From assembly GCA_021613535.1 (NCBI GenBank), contig CP075497.1:4526001-4590000 (forward strand): a stretch of 64,000 nucleotides of DNA, written 5' to 3'. The translations under genes and the position numbers were made by a program. The notes under the pieces were generated by a model, which was not told the DNA's origin, ran no database searches, and saw nothing but the letters and a program-made list of their open reading frames with translations. Below are positions 38,308 to 50,596 of this stretch, in pieces (the first letter of the stretch is position 1; every line of letters begins with the position of its first letter). The stretch comes from Adineta vaga (taxonomy: Eukaryota; Animalia; Rotifera).

Positions 38308-41300
38308 TCACACTGGTGGTACTAAGAGTGGTGTACTAGTTGAAGCTGCTGTTGCAGATGATGATATTGATGTTTGTGGTTGTTGTTGTTGTGACGATGT
38401 TGCATTATCTGTTGTTTTAGTTGCATTTTTTGAATGTCGTTCACGAATTCGTCTTAAAAGTTCTTCACCTAAATTATTTCAAAAGAGAAACTTCATCACG
38501 AATATTCTACGGTCATAAATCAAAATATACTTCGTCGTTTTCTTTCATTTGGTTGAACAAGACGAGCTGTATCGATATTTTCACCACATAATGGACATGC
38601 TTTCGTTTTTAAACATTGTAATTCTTTTGGTGTTGTCCATTCACCCTAAAGAAATCAAGTGCTTTTTGAATAGAACAATAGGCATAAAATACCATAAACG
38701 AAAATTCTTTGCAATTTGTACATTGAACAGATCGTTCAAATTGATTACCTTAAAAATCATAAAATTCAACAACTCAATCTTAGTTTTTGATTAAAATAAA
38801 ATCTTACTTGGAGCTAATTGTGTGAACATTTCTTCAAAATGATTCAATATAGGCATGAGAACATTCCAGATTTCTTCAAAAGCTTGTTCTGCAGCAGCAG
38901 TTCCACAATGACATTTAATAAACGTACGATGATCAGTTTCTATAATGAATCTAAAGCAAAAGTATAAGATGAAGAATAAAATTCATCATTTCATCATCGA
39001 TGATTCTTTTCTTTTTACCTCGTTTCTCTCTCTTCATGTTCACCAAGAATAAAATCATTCCAATGTTTCTTATAGATAATATCTAGTCTTAAAATAGCTG
39101 AAACAGAAAATCGATGAAAAAATCCTAAGGGTAATGATTGACTTGTATAACGAATTGTAATAATAGTTTTTAAACGATTATTAAAACGTTTAAATTCACC
39201 TTCTTGTTCTTTTCCATTGATAAAGGGTAAATAATATGGAACAATAGCATAATCAAATTTAATATCTTCTTTATCGTCAGGATTTTGTTTCATATCAATT
39301 AAACGTGTATAACTTCGTTCTCCTCTCGAAAGTGAATCCAATGATTCAACATGAACGAGACGTTTCAATTGTATTTTATTCATTTTTGGATATGCAACTA
39401 GAAGAAAACGCATAATTGTTAACCATAAATGAAAGAAATGTTCTTTTTTATATAATGAATTAAACCAGAATGAACGAAGTAATTCAGAATGTAAAAGTCC
39501 ACTTTTTAAAAATTCCGTTTTATGTCCTTGAAAACGTGCTTCAGGAAGATTACTTAAAGAGAATATATCATTCTTTTCATAATCAAGATACGTTGTAGAC
39601 ATATCATGACGAAATATACTATATAATAGATCCGTTAACCAAGATGGTCGAAGAAAAACGACACGATCATTTGTACCGATTTCATTAATTACAATAATTT
39701 TACCTTCATCACGTACAGACATAGTTATATCATTAATTAAATGTGGAAGACCATGTTTATTAATCACTCGACTAGCATAATTATCCCAAAGAAGATATGG
39801 AACAGGCAGGAGATCAGCTAATGATTCAATATATTGATTTGCATCGGCCCAAAGACCTGGCAAGATTCGATCAACGTGTGGAAAGATTGTTTTTTGTGTT
39901 AAAACATTGTGTTGAATAATACGATTCAATTCATCAATACCATGAAATGTCAATGAACTTATTGGATGACATGGTTCAATTTGAATATGAATATTAAGTA
40001 ACGAAGAATAGGTTTTTAATCGATCGGAAAGTGATGAAGATATTGTTGATAATGAATGAATTACTTCCATATCATGTTTAATTCGATCAACACGATGTTG
40101 AAGATAAAGTTTAAAAAATTGATTTATTTTTTCTATCGCATCAATTCTAAAAAAAACCGGATTCATATGATAACTAAATCACGTGAATATTATTACTTTT
40201 CTTCATTGGATCGTTTATCATAAAGATCGATACATGTTGCAAGAGGTATAATCATAATTGCACGTGTTCTAGTTGTCTTTTCACATAAAAGTTGTAATAA
40301 TTGAAATAATTGTGTAATGATCGGTGATGATGATCTATCATATGTCTCATTGAATATATCTTCAATAGTTGTAGGCGTCGCTTGTTGAAACTCAAATGTA
40401 TGAATACAGAGTAGATGAAGAGCATTCGTATCGATAAATGGTGACATATGCTCATAATATTCGGATGATCCATTAAAATCATAGATGGTTAATGGAAGAA
40501 ATTTCATTGGTTCAATTGGCGGAGGAGGTGTTGCGGGTGGTGGTGGTGGAACTGGTGATTTTGGTGGAGGAGGTGTAGCTATGGCAGGTTGTTTCGTTGT
40601 TTGCGCAGAAAGATTTCTTTTTTTGCGTGTATTACTTTCTGTACGTTGCGGTTGTATTTTAGATAGTTCAACAATATTTGTTTTTGATGAAGCTTTTGTT
40701 TTTCCTGTTGAAGCAGTTGGCACAGGCGGAGGTGGTGGTTGTACTGGTGGAGGTGTCGGTTGTTCAGTAGCTGTTTGTATTCGAAATGAATATTGATGAA
40801 CTATAAAATGAAATAATTACATACTGATCAGTTCAGTAAATAGAGTATAGAACAAAATATAAGTGAAAGATTGTGTTTTGAGGGCAAACTAATGATGCAG
40901 ATAATGATAAAAAAAGTGTTAGAAGCATTTTTACTTGTTTGAACAGTAACTATTGATGGTAATGTGTTAATTCGATCATTTAAAACGCAATCTATAATAT
41001 TTGTTATTTAAGTCAACTCATACAACTCAAAGAAACCATTCTTGTGTTTAATATAGTTTACTTACCATGAACAATTCTTTCTTGGACTTCTTCTTCATTT
41101 TCGTTGACAGTTAACGGTGCATTTTCTTCTAAACAATTTGCTAATGCTGTTTTACCACTATTCTTTAGGCCAGTTATACATATTTTAAAACCTTGCCGAA
41201 CATGTACATCTGTTAATTGTTCTTCTAAACTATTTTTTACCATTCGAAGTACATTAACCGTATTCGAAACATCTTCATTCAGTACTTCTGGTGGAAAAAT

Positions 41301-42567
41301 TGGTTGTCCAATTGGATTTGTGTAAAGTTTCAGTTCTCGTGTTGTAAGTATTTCATTCGTTAAAATTTTCAATAAATCATTTGAAATTAATCGAATATTA
41401 TTATTTGATACATCGACTTTTTTAGCAATTAATAATAAATAATCCGGAAATTTAGTTAATTGATTAAATGAAAGATCAATAGAAAAAATCATCGATGCAC
41501 GTTTATAAGCAATTGGCATTGGAGGTAGTTTAACAATTAAATTATGACTAAGATTAAGTACATCAAGTGTACTAACTTGTAAGAGATCAACTGGAAATGT
41601 TGCAATTCGATTGTAGGATAGATTGACATTTTTTAAATGATGTAAACGATGTAAACCACGTGGGAATCTTATTAATTGATTATGTGCAACGTGAATATAT
41701 TCAAGTTTTTTCAATTGTCCAAAATCACATGTATGAAGAGATTCTAATTGATTATGATCCAAAACTAGAAATTTTAATCGTTTTAAATTTAATAATTCAT
41801 TATCAATTTTTGTTATACAATTATGTTCAAAATTTAATCGAATTAAAGATTTTAATGTATAGATAACATTAGGTATTTGATTGAAAAGATTAAATGATAA
41901 ATCTAATTCTTTTAAAAGCTTCAATTGTTCAAAGGAATCATTCATATCAGTTAATTGATTTTGTGAACAATTTAATGATTCAAGTTCAATTAAATTGCTA
42001 AGATCAGATGGTAAATCTTTTAATTCATTCTTACTTATATCAAAATGTTGTAAAGTTTTTATCGATGTACAAACATTACGAATCATATCTACACTTGTAC
42101 ATAATTCTGTTGTTGATGTACGAGAACTTAAACGAGATATTGGACGAATAAATGAACCAATATTAACATCGTCATTAATTAAATGAATAGGAAGAAGATG
42201 TCGATTACCAGATGTACCAGCTCGAATAAATAATGTTGGATCAGGTGGACGTGGTGGTGCAGAAACATCAATGTCTATTTCATTCATAGATTTCAAAGAA
42301 TTTTTTGTTGTATTTGCTTGTTGACTATGATTAGCAGTAGTTCGTGCTGATTGGCCGCTACGTTTCTCCGATGATCCACCCGATTTTGTACTTCCCTTAT
42401 GAAATAAACGTCAGTTTAACGAAGCAAAAATATTAAGAAAATTTAAAATATTTTGTTGCTATTTTTTCTGAATGACTTACTTTAGTAGCACTTGTCGTTC
42501 GGCGTCCTACGGCCGACGACGAGGCTTTTCCCGTTGTTGATGGTATGGCTGGCATTGTAGATCTCAT
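38308..42567 (-). CDS. LRR-Roc-COR (Roco) protein, MFHAS1-like
   Basis: About 10 LRRs (LDLSFNLF, LNLSHN); P-loop GLKNSGKT; G3-like YDFNG; COR-like VFLRPSWL and LPLGFFHRFSV. Confidence 0.85.
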
Positions 42568-43238
42568 TTTTCTTCAACACCCCAACTACAAAAAAGTTGG
42601 CAACAACAGGACGTCAAATGATTGAAATGTTTGATTCTTCTCTTCTGTGATTTTGTTTTACTTTTCTTCTCGCATTTTTTTTTCTTCTTTTTAAATTCAA
42701 ATTGACGCCTTCTTGTCAACAATTCAATCGGCTGTTAACGACAATGCACTTATTCTTATTTTTTCTTCTTATAGTATTTAACTACTCAAAGTTTTATTTG
42801 ATCTCTTGTCACTTTTAGTGTGGTCTTTTTCATAATGAAGAAGAAATTTTCTTCAGTAGGATCTTCTTAAATCACTGAGCAACGAGAAAAAAAAACATAT
42901 TTTCGATTCTGTTTGCAACGAAAATAAACGCAAGAGAATGAAATTTACTCCATTTTAAGTCTTTTACTCAAGTGTATTTGTTTTATTAACGAGAAAAATA
43001 TTTTTTTCTGTTGTCTCTTAAATTTTAGAAAGATTATTTAAAACAAATCTTTTCTTAGAGGAAGATATACCCAATGTAATTTCATCACTTATAAGATCAT
43101 CAGATTTGTATAAAGATATTGAATAGTTCTATTTCACGAAGTAATGTTTTAGTAAAGTGGATATGTCGTATGGTGAATGTTGGAGAATCATCGGAAACGT
43201 ACGTTGTCTCATATCTAAATATGAATTTACTTTTTAAT

Positions 43239-44072
43239 TCAAAGAATTGATTTTACAAATGAAATAATCATTAATGCAAAAGAAATCAAAATTTTTGATC
43301 CATGATTGACGACAATGTCAACATCAACTAATCGTCCATCTAATGTTGCTGTAACACCATGTTTGAATAGAATTCCTTTGACGCTATTCAATGTTGCTTC
43401 ATCATTACATAGAGATCGATTACAGTGAAGATCAAATGTTGCAGAATAACCATCATATTGGTGTATATATACACTGATCTCATTTAAAATACCTAGAGTA
43501 CTACAAGAAAATGTGTTTTTTTTCTCATAGATATCATTGGAAATTCGACATAAACCATATTGTGTGCTTGATCCACATTGATGAATAGTTTCATTTCTAT
43601 CATAGCAAGACAGATCAGAATTATTTAATATTGAAGAAGAATTTGAAAATAAAGGCGCCAGTTCAGTCCAAATAGCACGAAAATCATACTGTCGCTTGTT
43701 GATTTCATTAGTCAAATTTCTTGCTAATTCTCGACTACAATCATCTTTATCCTGACATCCAGTATAGATACTGAAAAGAAAAAAATTTCCAAGAAGCGAA
43801 TTAGCGAATAGATTGCAAGTACGAATACTTATGGGACTAATCTTCGATGATAGATTCCAAGCAGAAAAACTAACTGTGTATGTTCCCTCTTCACCGGTAC
43901 TTTGCAAAAATACAGTACAGAAGCGAGCTATTGTTGTTTGATTACAATGAGCAGGAATGAGCAATGGTGTTGTTACATTCGAAGTGTAGAAACAATTCGT
44001 CAGACATTGAAGTGCATTGCAGATAACTAAGCAATGGAAGAATCCAATGATTAGAGTTCGAATAAATAACAT
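43239..44072 (-). CDS. Intronless secreted, probably GPI-anchored Cys-rich protein with two Ly6/uPAR-like modules
   Basis: Signal peptide; LQC..C and LSCY module starts; C..DDC and CNRSLCN module ends; hydrophobic C-terminal tail. Confidence 0.7.
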   Translation of the reverse strand: MLFIRTLIIGFFHCLVICNALQCLTNCFYTSNVTTPLLIPAHCNQTTIARFCTVFLQSTGEEGTYTVSFSAWNLSSKISPISIRTCNLFANSLLGNFFLFSIYTGCQDKDDCSRELARNLTNEINKRQYDFRAIWTELAPLFSNSSSILNNSDLSCYDRNETIHQCGSSTQYGLCRISNDIYEKKNTFSCSTLGILNEISVYIHQYDGYSATFDLHCNRSLCNDEATLNSVKGILFKHGVTATLDGRLVDVDIVVNHGSKILISFALMIISFVKSIL

Positions 44073-44538
44073 TGAACAAATTCAAAACCAACAGGTGGAT
44101 AAGATCAGAAGAAATGAGTTTGTTTTGCTATTTCGACTCATTTTTATAAGAGATACAACGGCGACGAGTGAGAGCGATAACTACGAGTCATTTTTCGTCG
44201 TCAAAACAAATCATGAATATCTTTGACACTTTCGCTGTTATCACGCTTAGCAACGGTTTTTGTTGATGTCGTTAAAAATCATTATTTATGATAACATACA
44301 ATAAATGACGCCAATGCTTTTAGATACTGCGGATTATTCACTTTCTAGATCTTCCAAGTGATATACAATAGTAAATTGTTTTCATGTGTCTTTGTTTCAA
44401 TGCATTCTCTATACAATATCTCACACGAAAAAGACGAGAGAACAGAATTTGTTTTCTCCAAAATAGGACAGGCAACAGTACATCAACAAAATGAAAGAAA
44501 AAAAACTATAAAAACAAAGAAAAACCAACAAAAACAAA

Positions 44539-46815
44539 TTAAAGTAATCGATGGCGACATTCGTCGGAACCGCAACGACAATGTAGCACACGATTTTCCA
44601 CTGTATCAACCTAGAATAAAACAATACAAGATAGATTCACAGACGAAAAAAAATGACAACTTACTTCATATGAATAATCCCAAACAAGTTCAGTACCTGC
44701 TTTAACACTAGATGTAGTGAAAAATGCAACCCATGGAAATCGCACATCCCATGTTTCAATAAATACATTTTGAACAAAAACGTTTGGTGCACAGGAATGA
44801 TTGTAGAAACGTGAAATATTTCCTTTGTAATGAGCGTCCATAACATAGACTCCTGAATCATAATTAATGTGTTGATAATTAGATAATTCTTTATTTTTAT
44901 CTTCCGTAGACATATGCGTATCTAAATAATAAATAATATTTGATTGATTCTATTCTAAATCATAAATACATACTTCCATTCGATTGTATTTCAGACAATT
45001 CATTTGAAATATTGACTTGTTCATCGAATTGATCTATATAATTGCAAATAAATGATATTTATGAATATTTAGTTTAATCACAAACCTTTTTGAATATTTG
45101 TTTTTATTTTCTTCTGAAAGAATGATGCTTTCAACGATGTTATAAAATCTAATGCAGTAAAATAAACATCACCCATTGTTTTTTCTGTACCACGTCGATT
45201 AGCATCTTCATCATTAAGTATTTCTCCAGCATAAAAACTTAGAAAAGTTCCAGCTGGTAAATCGTATAGAGTTCGTACACCCCAACCTTTTTCTGATGTA
45301 TTATAGATTTGTAGTAGAGTATTCAAACCAAATTGCACACAACGATTTATACAACGTGAATCACATTTACATTTACCATTGCATTCATATATGCCTGAGT
45401 GAATTTTTTCAAGTAATCTTCCATTTTTATAACTAAAATTTCTTTTTGCTAGTGCATCATAAAGAAATAAACGCATATCATCTGTATGATCAATAGTATC
45501 ATCTTCTATATCAATCGATTGTTGAAATAATTCTTTTAATGAACCAATCAAATCTTCATAATAATGTGATCGAATAATTCCATCATATGTTTTCTGCCAA
45601 CATGCACATTTTGTTGTATCAATACAACCATCAGTACATGAACAACCTTTGATATTGTCTTTATCAATACTAATATCTGATGTATATGGAATTCGTTCAG
45701 TAATATATTCAAATGATTTTGGTAATGTTGAATCAATTTCATTGACAAGCATCAATGGAACATTATCTTTTCCAGATGTATAATCTTCCAGATTCACAAA
45801 AGCTGTGTTTGGTGAGATGAATTTCTGTGTGACACGACAATTCATATCAAATGTAAATTGTCGAATTGATAATAATGATTCTGTTTGATAAAGAAAAGCA
45901 TGTAAACGTTCACCATCAGTAAACATTTGTCCACATGGTGATATATATACAATTGTACCGAGATCATTACGTATTTGACGTTTCCATCCATAATTTAATG
46001 GTATTAAAAGAAAATGACATTTATTATTATGATTTATTGTCAATGATTTTTCCGATGCAAATCGTTTACATGGTGGTTCATATGTTGATAATGAATTAAA
46101 TAATGGTTGAAGACGTAATGAACCACGATAAAGCCATTCATGTTTATTTAATACAGGTAAAAAGACACGCATAAGACTAGCATCAACTTTCGAAACAATA
46201 GCATCAATCCATTGTCCATTCAATTCAATATTAATATGATCTTTAACAGAAATATTTACTAAGCGTCGTTTTGGATATGTTAAAACATAATTTTCTATAT
46301 ATTGTTTTGTTCCTAAATCAACCTTCGATAAATAATTTGATAATGGCTCAAGTAACAATCGAATAGCAGTTGAACGTAAATAAAATGGTGAATCACTGTC
46401 AGCAAATATTAAATAACGTTGATCATTATCATTTGCTGGTTGTTCAGCAATTATTCCACGTAATGGTTTATCTATATATCTCGATGTATCTGCATCACCA
46501 CTTGGCATACAAAGTACGCGTGTACCAACATTAACTTGTTCATTAATACTATCATTTAAAGCGACACGTTCAGGTGGATAACGATAATGATCTTGAGATG
46601 TTGGTTTATGATGACAATTCGATAAACGACATGTCTATTAGTAGAAAAACAATAAGAATTTGTTTTTCTTTGTATGTTAATTTTATTGATTGACTTACTA
46701 ATATTTGAAGTTTATTATCATTTGTTTGTTGCGCTCGTACAAAATATGCCATTGTCCATCCATGTGAAGGATTATAAACAAGAACGCGTTGGCCAACATC
46801 GATAGCCAAAGGCAT
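44539..46815 (-). CDS. SETDB1: H3K9 methyltransferase SETDB1/eggless-like (Tudor, MBD, pre-SET, split SET, post-SET)
   Basis: EWLYRGSLRL (Tudor); GWKR..YISPCG (MBD); IYECN..C.C..C.NR.VQ; KGWGVR; GNISRFYNHSCAPN; ELVWDYSY; post-SET C.CG..CRHRLL. Confidence 0.92.
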
Positions 46816-47664
46816 AATGAAAAAATTTTCCTATGTTTAAATTGTGTTTTTTTGTTAATTAATTCAAGAAAATTGATGAAGTTTTTTCTTTGTGAAATAT
46901 CTTAATTCATTTATTGGTTTAATCAGATTTGCTACTAAAAATAGAAAAATAAATATTTTTTTCTTGAAAAATTTTTTCATTTCAATGAAAATAATGAAAA
47001 TTTTAAGAAAAACAATATGTTTATTACTAACAAAGAGATAAACTAACTGATCAAAACGATATATGTGACATTTATGTTATGTACAAAGAGGCTCTACAAT
47101 CAACTTTAATTGGAGAATATTAGCTAACCAATCATTAGAAGATTTCTTTTGTAAATGTAAATGTGAATATCAAAAGACGAAAATCTTTGCTTCTTTATTT
47201 ATACAACAATAGGATGCATGAAACATGTGAAATCTTCTAATATTTTATTTATAAGTTTAAAAAACATTGAAAATAAAAGTTGAAATATGTTTTAATTTAC
47301 GAAAAAACACTGGAATGAAACAATCTTTTATTTAATAAAATTCTATTGAAAAATACTCACATTGAAATTCATACGAAATAAGATCAGAAATTCAATAAAT
47401 AAAATTATGTCAAATTTGCATGATAAATTATCGATATTTAATAGAAAGCAATATATCATCATTTCAAATCAATAGTTCTACACTTGACTCGAAAGATAAG
47501 TATGATTAATTTCAATTGGTTCAGTTCATTATTCAACTTTCTCACTATTTTTGTTTTATTTGAATTAAAAGCAAAGCCTTGATTTTATCATAAATCATTT
47601 GAAATCTATATTAACAGGAGTTGTATTATCTGTTAGCATGCATTATTAATTTTCTATCGTCAAT

Positions 47665-48723
47665 ATGAATTCTACACTAGATGAAGTTATTGATGAAATA
47701 TGGCCTAATGAAGATTGGATGATTCCCTATTTATTCTTTTTACTTACTGTAGGCACTATTGGTAATAGTTTTAGTTTAGTTTTATTTCGAAGTTATTCAA
47801 TGCGACAATATTCATGTTCATTATATTTTTCTCTCATGGCTATATTTGATGAATTAACATTAATCTGGTGGATCGTCAATCGTTTATCAAGTCAATTAAC
47901 TGATACTACACTTCGTGATCGTTCAACACTATTATGTAAATTATTTGTTGTTATCTATTATAGTTCATCACAAGCATCGATTGGTATGCTTGTCTTAGCT
48001 ATGTTCGATCGATTATATACAGTTTTTAAAATTGCCCATGGATATTTTGATACACGTATTTTCACTCGTCGACAACGCTTTCAACATACTTGTTTAGGGT
48101 TTTTTTTCTTTATACTTATTGGATTAAATTCTCTACTATTTGGCTCGCAACTTATTTTATCACCGGAAAATAATGAAGAATATTGTGTCATTATCGATCT
48201 ATATTTTAATCGTATTTATTCAATTATTGATCTATGTGTATATGCTATTATACCTTGTATATGTATGCTGATAGGTGACACACTTATATTATTCTATATT
48301 CGAAAAACAAGAGCTCGTGTTATTTCAATAACTAATATAAATAAACGACATGAAACACAATTATCCATTATGCTTGTAATTACATCTCTTGTATCATTAT
48401 TTATTGTTAGTCCATATAGTGTTCTCAATCTTTTAGTTAATTTTTCCAATATTCTCAATAATGATTATCGTACATTGCATACACTTAATGATGCCTTTGG
48501 TCTTTTATCAACATTTACACATGCTATGCACTTTTATCTTTTTCTTATGATTAGTAGTACAATTCGAAAACAATTTCGATGTATCTTAAATTCATGTTTT
48601 ACTACTTGTTCGAATGCAAGAAATGTTTTTCGACCTACAGCAATCACACCCATAAAAACAACAGCATCATCTCAACCAACGATCAATACGATTCCTCCTT
48701 TACTTAATCAACAAACAGTATAA
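47665..48723 (+). CDS. Intronless orphan rhodopsin-like GPCR
   Basis: Seven hydrophobic segments; GTIGN, FDRL and HFYLF motifs. Confidence 0.85.
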   Translation: MNSTLDEVIDEIWPNEDWMIPYLFFLLTVGTIGNSFSLVLFRSYSMRQYSCSLYFSLMAIFDELTLIWWIVNRLSSQLTDTTLRDRSTLLCKLFVVIYYSSSQASIGMLVLAMFDRLYTVFKIAHGYFDTRIFTRRQRFQHTCLGFFFFILIGLNSLLFGSQLILSPENNEEYCVIIDLYFNRIYSIIDLCVYAIIPCICMLIGDTLILFYIRKTRARVISITNINKRHETQLSIMLVITSLVSLFIVSPYSVLNLLVNFSNILNNDYRTLHTLNDAFGLLSTFTHAMHFYLFLMISSTIRKQFRCILNSCFTTCSNARNVFRPTAITPIKTTASSQPTINTIPPLLNQQTV

Positions 48724-49025
48724 TTACTTGTTTATAGTTTCTATCATGGCTTTTGTAGTTTGATATACAAATAAAACTAAATACATCGGTAGATTTAAGG
48801 TTCATAATATTTCAGTTAAAACACTTGCTTTCGTATTCTAAGCAATGTTTTATTATACACGAATTTATTAATTGTTTAGTTCTATCACAGATTTGTCTAC
48901 AAATCAAAGTTACAATTCACAATTATGCATATCACTACATATTCTATTGATTAGACTATAATATCTGATTTGATCAGAAAAAGAAAATCATTAAAAAACA
49001 AGCTTTGTAAAAATATAGATTGCAT

Positions 49026-50459
49026 TTAATCACGAATTATACCACGAATCGGTTCACCTGGTAGTTTTATATTCTTATCTATAGTTACCAATTTTTCATT
49101 ACGTACAACAAATATTCCATTGACAAGTACGTGTACTATTCCTTGTGAAGGAAGTTTTGGTTCTTCATAAGTAGCACAATCTTTTACTGTTAATGGATTA
49201 AATATACATAGATCTGCTATTGCACCGATACAGATACGACCTCTGATTTTCATTTGTAACGAAGCACTTTCTAATCGCTGTGCGGGAAAAAGAGACATTT
49301 TTCGGATAGCTTCCATCAATGTGATCAGATGACATTCACGAACATAATGACCAAGAACACGTGCACAAGAACCAGCTGCACGTGGATGACCACGAAGTGC
49401 ATCACTACCCATCAAAGTAATTGGACTTTGAAGGCAATCTACAACTGCTTGTTCAGGTATAGAATTAATAATAATCAATCCACCTTCTTTACGATATCTA
49501 TTGAAACTATTGATATCTAATTGCTCTTTTGTATTAACATAGGTCAAACTATTATAACCAATACCTAATTGTTCTTGCCAAAGCTCATCATTGAATAATG
49601 CCGAATCTATTGAACTACAACCAGCTAGATACGGATCTACAATACAATGATTTTATTACTACTAGTTTCTGTATTTAATTGAAGTAGGCTTACAAAATTC
49701 TGTTGTGATATCCATTCCATTCTTATGAGCATCATGAATAAGTTCGAGAGCCTTGTTGGTTGCCGATAAACATGTACTATGTATATGGCAAACATTAATT
49801 GCAGCTTTTGTACATGCACCTAGAGCAAGAACTTCTTGTAGAGCAGCTAAGCTACCATTTTTTTCTTGTGCACCAAAATGACGCATATGAACATGACAAC
49901 AAACATTATATGTTTTTGCTAAACGAAAACATTCAACAATTTCCCATCGTGTTGCTGCTGGAACATAATGAATACCAAAACCCATTGCCATTGCACCACG
50001 GCGAAGACCATATTCCAATTCTTTTGTAATCTGATCAATTCTGTCTGGTTGTAGTGCTGCTGGTGAATCACTTTGTGGTAAGAAACCAGGTGGATGATCA
50101 AATACTTTCATTCGTACCTGAATATGTCCAATACCAACTCCATAATTGACTAAAGTTTTATTTTCTCTTTCAGCATACCATTGATCAATATCATTGGTGC
50201 CAACTTCTAATTCAAATACTGATGTCACACCATCTTGACATTTCAATGCATAGTACTCATCTGTATGTTCATGAGAATGAACATCGATAAAACCAGGACA
50301 AAGAATTAGATTTGAAATATCAACTTCAACATGTCCTTTTAGAACTTGTTCACTAATTGCTACGATGAATCCGTTACTAATACCGATAGATCGGATAGCA
50401 TCAAGATTTGTTTCAGGATCCATAACTCGACCATTGAGAAAAACGAGATCATAAATCAT
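49026..50459 (-). CDS. Bacterial-type amidohydrolase (N-acyl-D-amino-acid / D-glutamate deacylase-like), one 57-nt intron; HGT candidate
   Basis: YDLVFLNGRVMDPE..LDA.R.IGI; PGFIDVHSH metal motif; HVHMR; EF|YPY across intron 49637-49693; GSD..GHPRAAGS.ARVLG.YVRE; EAIRKMS.FPA. Confidence 0.9.
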
Positions 50460-50596
50460 CTTTTCTTGCTTAAAATAAGATTTTCTAGAAAAGAAAAATA
50501 AATAATAAAAACAAAACAATCTAAAGATTGATTATAACATATTAACACTTGATCAATATATACAAAAAACGGCAAAAAAAAATACAAAAAACGAGT

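Noticed and set aside
40485-40796. Gly-rich plus-strand ORF and similar antisense or alternate-frame ORFs over laminin, KCNQ and SETDB1
   Set aside because: Shadows of real coding exons on the other strand or frame (e.g. poly-Pro codons read as poly-Gly).
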